NCBI GenBank assembly: GCA_016932415.1 | Contig: JAFGCX010000034.1 | Coordinates: forward strand, 9,002 to 73,001 | Reading direction: 5' to 3' | Origin: Candidatus Krumholzibacteriota bacterium | Lineage (GTDB): Bacteria > Krumholzibacteriota > Krumholzibacteriia > Krumholzibacteriales > Krumholzibacteriaceae | DNA length: 64,000 bases | Shown here: piece by piece, positions 57,908-64,000 of the stretch | Numbering within the stretch: the first letter of the stretch is position 1 | Layout: the number at the start of each line of letters is the position of its first letter | Notes under the pieces: model-generated | What the model saw: only the letters and a program-made list of their open reading frames with translations | The model's database searches: none | Told to the model about the DNA's origin: nothing | Program-made: the position numbers and the translations under genes

Positions 57908-59331
57908 GAAGCTCGAGCAATAAGAAAATACTGGTAGTAGGGGCTGGCGAAGCCGGCCGGATGGTCCTGGGAGAGATAGAAGGACACCCGGAGATCGAAT
58001 CATCGGTGATCGGATTTCTTGATGACGACGATGAACTGGCGGGAAAAACGGTGCGATCCGTTCCCGTTCTAGGTACGACTGACCGGCTAGAGGAGATCGC
58101 CGCTTCGATGGATATCGATGAGGTCATCATCTCGGTGCCGACTGCTCCGGGACGATTCGTGCGGGAGATGATAAGGCGGTGCCGCAGGGCGGGAGTCGTC
58201 TACAGGATAGTACCCGGTGTGATGGAGATAATAAAGGGAGATGTCCACATCGACCAGATCAGGGATGTGCGCGTCGAAGATCTGCTTGGACGCGAAACGG
58301 TCAGTTTTGACCTGGAGTCGGCAAGATTGGAACTTTCCGGCAGGAAGATCCTGGTCACGGGGGCGGGAGGTTCGATCGGTAGCGAGCTTTGCAGGCAGCT
58401 CGCAAGAGTCGGACCGGAAGAACTGATCATACTCGGAAGGGGCGAAAACAGGATATTCATGATAGAGGAGGAGCTCAGGTCCTCTTTTCCCGGTTTGAGG
58501 ATATCTACTGTCATCTGTAACCTCACCGATATGGCAAAGATAAAAAGGATGATGAAGGAGATCGCTCCCGGTATCGTATATCATGCGGCGGCCCACAAGC
58601 ATGTCCATTACATGGAAAGGGACCCTTCAGAGGCGGTCATAAACAACGTCGCCGGAAGCATAAATGTAATCAGAGCCGCTGAAGAGTGTGGAGTCGAACG
58701 TTTCGTGTTCATATCGACCGATAAGGCGGCGGATCCCGATGGAGTGATGGGAGCGACAAAGAGAATAGTAGAGCTTTACCTCGGGTCTTACAGCGATCAC
58801 AGCAGGTGCAGGTATATCACTGTGAGATTCGGAAACGTGATAGGGAGCGCCGGAAGTGTTGTTCCTCTTTTTCTCAGGCAGATCGGATGGGGAGGTCCGG
58901 TAACGGTAAGTGACGCCCAGGCGACAAGGTTTTTCATGACGGTAAAAGAAGCTGCTTTTCTTGTCATAAGGTCATCGCTCATCGGCAACGGAAAAGAGAC
59001 ATTTATCCTCGATATGGGAGAGCCTCTGAATATCTATGAGATGGCGAAAGATATAATAATGTTGACCGGTCATGAACCGGAGACCGAGATCCCGATCAGG
59101 ATGTCAGGCTTGCGTGACGGGGAAAAACTCCATGAAGTCCTCGTAAGTAAAAATGAACAGCTTAAGCCTTCCGGTGAGGACAAGATCCTCATTGCCAGTT
59201 CAATTGAGAGACCTCCAGAGGGCCTGGAACGTATGATATCGGAGATGATCGAGGCCGCGGGAAAAGGGGACGATGGCGCAGTGCTTGGATTGATGTCGAG
59301 TATCATTCCCGGATTCGACCGCGGGGACTGA
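57904..59331 (+). CDS. Nucleotide-sugar 4,6-dehydratase (CapD/PglF/WbpM-like, Polysacc_synt_2), soluble form
   Basis: N-terminal CoA-binding-like domain, then extended-SDR domain with second Rossmann TGAGGSIGSEL; GTG start. Confidence 0.8.
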   Translation: MRSSSNKKILVVGAGEAGRMVLGEIEGHPEIESSVIGFLDDDDELAGKTVRSVPVLGTTDRLEEIAASMDIDEVIISVPTAPGRFVREMIRRCRRAGVVYRIVPGVMEIIKGDVHIDQIRDVRVEDLLGRETVSFDLESARLELSGRKILVTGAGGSIGSELCRQLARVGPEELIILGRGENRIFMIEEELRSSFPGLRISTVICNLTDMAKIKRMMKEIAPGIVYHAAAHKHVHYMERDPSEAVINNVAGSINVIRAAEECGVERFVFISTDKAADPDGVMGATKRIVELYLGSYSDHSRCRYITVRFGNVIGSAGSVVPLFLRQIGWGGPVTVSDAQATRFFMTVKEAAFLVIRSSLIGNGKETFILDMGEPLNIYEMAKDIIMLTGHEPETEIPIRMSGLRDGEKLHEVLVSKNEQLKPSGEDKILIASSIERPPEGLERMISEMIEAAGKGDDGAVLGLMSSIIPGFDRGD

Positions 59332-59354
59332 CGGTCAGATGACAGAACGAGGCC

Positions 59355-60311
59355 GTGGTGAATATTGAGATCGAATATGATATCGACAAGGAAGAGATAA
59401 GCGAATTCATCGGATCATGCCGGGGTGCGACCTATTTTCATTCCCCTTCCTGGATGAATATCCTGGTCCGCGCTTTTCCGCGTTTCAGGGGAGGATGGAT
59501 AACGGCACGTGACGGGAAGTCGCTACGCGGCGTCATGCCTTTTATAAGGATAGACAGGGGAGCGGTATTCTCGATATGGTCGATGCCGTTCGGCACCTAC
59601 GGAACGCCTCTTTGCGAGCGGGAGAGCGTCAGGCTGGCTCTCGTCGACAGGTTTTCACAGATAGCCGGATCGTCACGCTGCGCGGAGGCTGTGGCATCTC
59701 TTTTCGAGATCGACGGCGGCGACGGGAGTATGATCGGAAAGGCCGTGGTGGACAGGAACGAATGCAGCCTGATAATGCTCGATGGTGATTTCACCGAGTA
59801 CAGGTCGAAGAGGCTCAGCAGGAAAAAAAGGCAGATATGCAACGGATGCGAGAAGGATGGAGTAGAGATCAGGCTGATTGAAAAAGACGAAGACCTGTCG
59901 ATTTTCTATGACATATATTTTTCGGGGTCGACGGGGTGGGGAGGCGTCCACCCCTATCCCAGGGAGTTTTTCAGGGAGCTTTTTAAAAGAAGGGATGAAG
60001 GGATCCTTTTCTGGGGAGCGTTCGTCGAAGGACGGATGCTTGGAGGACATATCGATATTTATTATAAATCGATGGCGCAGGCATGGCAGGCCGGGATCTC
60101 GGACGAGTCCCATTCGGCCGGGATCGCCTGCTACCTCGTGTACAGGGCAGTAGAAGAGGCTTATAAAAGGGAAGTAAAGGTCTTCAATCTCGGAAGCAGC
60201 TGCGGGGACAGCGGGATGCTGTTCTTTAAAAGATCGATGGGAGGGATCGAACACATTTATCCCGAACTGAGAATTCGAAAGAAATGGTGGAAATGGCTCA
60301 CGAGGAAATGA
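59355..60311 (+). CDS. FemAB-family / GNAT-fold acyltransferase (Acetyltransf_6-like)
   Basis: Sequence pattern (YFHSPSWMNIL..., G(G/A)HIDIYY, VKVFNLGSS) resembles FemAB/BioF2-like GNAT proteins found in some polysaccharide loci; assignment from memory only. Confidence 0.5.
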   Translation: MVNIEIEYDIDKEEISEFIGSCRGATYFHSPSWMNILVRAFPRFRGGWITARDGKSLRGVMPFIRIDRGAVFSIWSMPFGTYGTPLCERESVRLALVDRFSQIAGSSRCAEAVASLFEIDGGDGSMIGKAVVDRNECSLIMLDGDFTEYRSKRLSRKKRQICNGCEKDGVEIRLIEKDEDLSIFYDIYFSGSTGWGGVHPYPREFFRELFKRRDEGILFWGAFVEGRMLGGHIDIYYKSMAQAWQAGISDESHSAGIACYLVYRAVEEAYKREVKVFNLGSSCGDSGMLFFKRSMGGIEHIYPELRIRKKWWKWLTRK

Positions 60312-61831
60312 GGAAAGGGAGATCGAAGATCGCTGGGAATTCCATCTCCCTGGCCGTGTCCGGAGCCGGTGGGATGTTGTTCACCCTCGTTCAACTCAGC
60401 ATTCTCAGCAGGACGCTTGAGGGAGATCTTTTCGGCGCATTCGTCGTTCTTAAAGGCTTTTCCCTTTTTCTCGCCACAATCATCCTTATCGGTCTTCCCC
60501 AGGTGATAATCAGATTCTTTCCCTCGTACCAGAACCGGGGAGAGAACGGCAAAGCGCTGAGACTTTTCGTAGTATCATCGATCGTCGTTCTTGTCCTTGG
60601 TTCCTCGATCTATTTATCCATAGGACGATTGAAGGCTCTCCTGCCGGACGCGCAGAGCGTTTTCTCGACCGACGAGATACTCTACTGGATGGTGATCTCC
60701 TCCATTACCGTGGCATTGAAATTGATACTGTACGGAGGATTCAACGGATTGCGGGAGATGCGCACGCAGATGTACTTCGAGATATCTTATCTCGCCGTGC
60801 TTACCGCTCTGATCGTGTTTTTCCAGGATTCCCTTTCCCTCACCGCGCTTTTCAGGATGATATCGTTGCTGAATGGAATTGTCTACGTGGCAGGAGCGCC
60901 GGTCCTGTTAAATATGATCGGCAGGATGAATGCTTCCACCGGGACAGGGGATGCCGCGCGAGTCGTCCAGCCGGTTTTTTTATCTTATATGGGTTATTCG
61001 CTCGTACTCAGTTTTGTGGCGTTGGCCTTTACTGATTTCGACAGGTTTGTGATGTCATCCGTCCTGCCGTTGTCGGCGATTTCGATATTTCACGTCGCGT
61101 CGAGGATTAACAGCCTGATAAAAAGATTTCTCGGATTTCCCGTTATCGCGCTTCAGCCCGAAGTCACCAGGATCTACGAAGAGGGAAGATGGGAACAGCT
61201 CCCGGAGAAGATCACATTGTTCACGAAGACTACGGTGATAGCCGCTTTCTTTTTTTCCGTCCTTGCCGCCTTGGCCGGTAATGATGTCATCCTTCTTCTG
61301 AGCGGGAAAAAATACGAAGCAGCGTACCCGGTCATGCTCGTGCTGCTCGCCGGCGTGCCTATTGCCGCATTCATAGCCCCTGTCCTGACGACGATGAGGG
61401 GGCTCAATCATATCAAGTGGGCGGCTCTCTGCGATTTCCTGTGGATGGCGGTATATTTCGGTTCGTTCTTCATATTCGTTACGATCTGGGGCGTGACGGG
61501 GATGGCTATCGCGCAGGTTCTGGCATCAATCGTGCAAATGGCCGCGGCGGTCGCGCTTTCGAAGAAAGAGGGGTTCTACGGAGGACTGGGAAAAAATACG
61601 GTCAAGGCGATCATCTTTATTCTGCTTCTGGCCATCCCGCTGATAATGGTGACTCGATACCTTGGAATATACGCTGTCATATCAGCCATGGTATTTTCCC
61701 CTCTTATCCTTAGGATCCTGCTGGTGAAGCTGAGAATATTCGAATCGGCCGAGATAGCCGTCTTAAAGGGAATGATACCTCAGAGAGCAGGCCAGAGATT
61801 CATGGTATGGTTGATCGATCCGGAGGCCTGA
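60308..61831 (+). CDS. Polysaccharide/oligosaccharide flippase (MOP superfamily, Wzx-like)
   Basis: 12-14 TM helix protein with Wzx/PST-family N-terminal pattern; ATG 60308 overlaps the upstream stop (ATGA). Confidence 0.75.
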   Translation: MRKGRSKIAGNSISLAVSGAGGMLFTLVQLSILSRTLEGDLFGAFVVLKGFSLFLATIILIGLPQVIIRFFPSYQNRGENGKALRLFVVSSIVVLVLGSSIYLSIGRLKALLPDAQSVFSTDEILYWMVISSITVALKLILYGGFNGLREMRTQMYFEISYLAVLTALIVFFQDSLSLTALFRMISLLNGIVYVAGAPVLLNMIGRMNASTGTGDAARVVQPVFLSYMGYSLVLSFVALAFTDFDRFVMSSVLPLSAISIFHVASRINSLIKRFLGFPVIALQPEVTRIYEEGRWEQLPEKITLFTKTTVIAAFFFSVLAALAGNDVILLLSGKKYEAAYPVMLVLLAGVPIAAFIAPVLTTMRGLNHIKWAALCDFLWMAVYFGSFFIFVTIWGVTGMAIAQVLASIVQMAAAVALSKKEGFYGGLGKNTVKAIIFILLLAIPLIMVTRYLGIYAVISAMVFSPLILRILLVKLRIFESAEIAVLKGMIPQRAGQRFMVWLIDPEA

Positions 61832-63136
61832 TTGAATCGAAAAAAGATATTGATGATGATAAATTTTTTCCCGCCATCGGCGGGAGGAGGAGTGTACCGT
61901 CCATTATCATTTGTACGGTATCTTTCCGGATCAGGATGGGACGTGACGGTGATCACCCCGAGACCCGGGGAATTCTGGATAAATGATCCCGGACTGGAAA
62001 GCAAAGTACCGCCGGAAGTCCGTGTTATAAGGACGAAGTCTTTCTCCGGTCAGAGGATCCTCGCAAACCTTGGAAAAGGAAAGCAGAGTGGCTCATCGAG
62101 ATCTTCATCACGCTTCGGCCTGATGAGAAAAGCCGGTGAGTTCGTGCTGATTCCCGACACCTATGTCGGATGGGTCCCTTTTGCGGCCGGCGCGGCCGCG
62201 AAGCTATGCCGGTCTGAAAGATTCGATATGATATATTCGACAAGCCCGCCGGACAGCACCCATCTCGCAGCGGGAAGGACCTCGAGAAGGTTTCATCTTC
62301 CATGGGTAGCGGATTTTCGTGATCCATGGATCTCTCTCTATCTCAGAGATCCCGCGACGCCTATCCACGCGGCGATCCATAAAAATCTGGAAAAGCGGGT
62401 TTCAGCCGCGAAGCTCGTTCTCGTGACGACTACATGGCAGAAAGAGAAGCTTCTCTCTCTTTTTCCTTCATGCCGGGTCGAGAAGATCCCGAACGGTTAT
62501 GAGGAAGAGGATTTTCCCGAAGGTTTGGCGATCCCGGACGGCGACGGAAAGTTGAAGATCGTGCACGCCGGGATGCTTACCCTTGGAAGAAGTTCGCGGC
62601 CTTTTCTCGAAGGATTGAGGCTTTTTCTCGACCGAAGACCCGGTGCCGGAGAATCTGTAGAAGTGACCTTTATCGGACCAAGGGAGTCGGCCAATGAGGA
62701 ATGGGTCGGAAGGCTCGGCCTCGGTGGCAACGTCAGGTTCCGTGATAATATCGCTCACAGCGAATGCGTAAATATCGAGAGGGCAAGTGATCTGCTTCTG
62801 CTGATAAAACATGACGATCCGAGATATACAGGTCTGGTTCCCGGAAAACTTTTTGAATATATAGGAGCTAGGCGTCCCATTCTCGCCATCGCTCCCGATG
62901 GAGAGGCAGCTTCGATAGTCAGGGATCTGAATCGGGGAGAGGTTGTTCCGGCAGGTGACAGGGAGGCTGTCGCGGCAGTTATCGATAAGTTCTTTATCCT
63001 GCATAAAGAGGGCAGGCTGGGCAGTTCATATTCCCTCGGCGTGGTCAGGGAATATTCACGCCGTGTTCTCGCTGGAAAGCTCGAACTGTTGTTAAGGAGT
63101 ATCGCGGGAAACGACCATAGTCTCGGAGAGGCGTGA
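61832..63136 (+). CDS. Glycosyltransferase (GT4-like, GT-B fold)
   Basis: N-terminal glycosyltransferase-4-like subdomain (KILMMINFFPPSAGGGVYRPLSFVRYLSGSGWDVTVITP) and C-terminal GT-B half. Confidence 0.7.
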   Translation: MNRKKILMMINFFPPSAGGGVYRPLSFVRYLSGSGWDVTVITPRPGEFWINDPGLESKVPPEVRVIRTKSFSGQRILANLGKGKQSGSSRSSSRFGLMRKAGEFVLIPDTYVGWVPFAAGAAAKLCRSERFDMIYSTSPPDSTHLAAGRTSRRFHLPWVADFRDPWISLYLRDPATPIHAAIHKNLEKRVSAAKLVLVTTTWQKEKLLSLFPSCRVEKIPNGYEEEDFPEGLAIPDGDGKLKIVHAGMLTLGRSSRPFLEGLRLFLDRRPGAGESVEVTFIGPRESANEEWVGRLGLGGNVRFRDNIAHSECVNIERASDLLLLIKHDDPRYTGLVPGKLFEYIGARRPILAIAPDGEAASIVRDLNRGEVVPAGDREAVAAVIDKFFILHKEGRLGSSYSLGVVREYSRRVLAGKLELLLRSIAGNDHSLGEA

Positions 63137-63221
63137 ACGGATATCAGAAGGCCTGCGGGGCGCGTCTTTCAGGAGTAGCGTGATATGACCATCGATGGAG
63201 AATGATCGAATGGAAAGAGCG

Positions 63222-64000
63222 ATGAAGAGAAGCGATTATCTGGTCGTCACGGCATCTGTCGCGTTGATGATAATACTTGCCCTGCCACTCAGGGGTTCGA
63301 TCACCGACGATACGTATATACATATGCAGTACGCGCGTAATCTGGTCGAAGCGGGTGAACTCTCATTCAACAGGGGGGAGCCGACCTATGGCGCTACCAG
63401 TCCACTCTGGGTCCTCCTTCTCGCCACGGTGTACCGGCTCGGTGGCGAGATGGCTCTGTGGAGCAGGATACTTTCGCTTTTTTTCGGCGTAGCTTCGATA
63501 TATATGGTCTACAGGTTTATGATCGCGATCGGGATGGGGAGTTATCCTTCCGCGATAGCCTCGGCGATCTTCGCTTCGGAAGCATGGGTGATACGATGGA
63601 GTATGGTCGGAATGGAATCATCGATGGCAGTTTTCATCGTGATAGCCGCAGTAATGGCAGCTCTGGGAGCTACACGTTCGTTGAGGAGGTCGATGCTGTT
63701 TGGAGCCCTTCTCTTCCTTGCCTATCTTGCCAGACCTGAAACACTTTTGCTACTGCCCCTTTCCCTGATCTCATTCAGCCTCTTTCGCGGCGGCGCCGGA
63801 GGGGCTCGTCGATATGGGTGGCTGCTGATATTTATTCCCGCGATCGTCATCTGGTTCCTTGTGATAAGGGATCATACAGGCACGTGGTTCCCTCTGACTG
63901 CCGGTGCCAAGCAGGGAACGTTCGATTTTTCTCCTGTTCTGCTGACCAGGATGCTCGTCCCGGTAAAAATCCTTTCAATGAGCGTCGGGATCGCGATAAT
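63222..64000 (+). CDS. Integral membrane protein, possible GT-C-type glycosyltransferase (3' end outside window)
   Basis: Open frame from ATG 63222 to the window end, absent from the ORF track because it has no stop; multiple TM helices; acidic DDTYIHMQYARNL motif just after TM1, similar to the DDxY/DExY first-loop motifs of ArnT/PMT-type GT-C enzymes. Confidence 0.5.
   Translation, partial: MKRSDYLVVTASVALMIILALPLRGSITDDTYIHMQYARNLVEAGELSFNRGEPTYGATSPLWVLLLATVYRLGGEMALWSRILSLFFGVASIYMVYRFMIAIGMGSYPSAIASAIFASEAWVIRWSMVGMESSMAVFIVIAAVMAALGATRSLRRSMLFGALLFLAYLARPETLLLLPLSLISFSLFRGGAGGARRYGWLLIFIPAIVIWFLVIRDHTGTWFPLTAGAKQGTFDFSPVLLTRMLVPVKILSMSVGIAI

Overview
This is a 64-kb stretch of bacterial chromosome, densely coding and almost entirely on the + strand. 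A C-terminal sorting domain typical of type IX secretion (T9SS) in one protein points to the Fibrobacteres-Chlorobi-Bacteroidetes (FCB) superphylum or a related candidate phylum. No mobile elements or CRISPR arrays are visible.

The first ~37 kb is housekeeping and cell-envelope genes:
- MFS transporter (3' end), recA-recX, alaS
- a Wza-like polysaccharide export protein, gmhA, a UbiA/DPPR-synthase-like prenyltransferase, a DUF362-like protein
- ispE, spoVG, tRNA-Gln(UUG), prs-rplY-pth
- rpsF-rpsR-rplI behind a consensus sigma70 promoter
- a phosphohexomutase, GDP-mannose pyrophosphorylase, a PPIase lipoprotein, a bifunctional nuclease, a gamma-carbonic-anhydrase-like protein
- an LpoA-like TPR plus periplasmic-binding protein, convergent with a TonB-like protein and a two-domain amidase
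- selA, a degenerate ParA/MinD-like protein with a TM helix and SPOR domain, smc-ftsY, an MCP
- a full riboflavin operon (consensus promoter, FMN riboswitch, ribD-ribE-ribBA-ribH-nusB)

The last ~26 kb (about 37.9 kb to the window end) is one large glycosylation locus. It has several GT-C-type membrane glycosyltransferases: two tandem DUF2723/TMEM260-like paralogs with C-terminal TPR repeats, a YfhO-like protein, and a partial GT-C-like ORF at the window end. It also has polyprenol-phosphate-sugar synthases of GT2 type (GtrB/ArnC-like and Ppm1-like), GT4 and GT2 enzymes, nucleotide-sugar modifying enzymes, two flippase-like proteins, a GT2 fused to a divergent sugar-phosphotransferase-like domain, a FemAB-like acyltransferase, and a beta-propeller protein with the T9SS sorting domain. 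I read this as a probably undescribed extracytoplasmic O-glycosylation system that uses lipid-linked donors.
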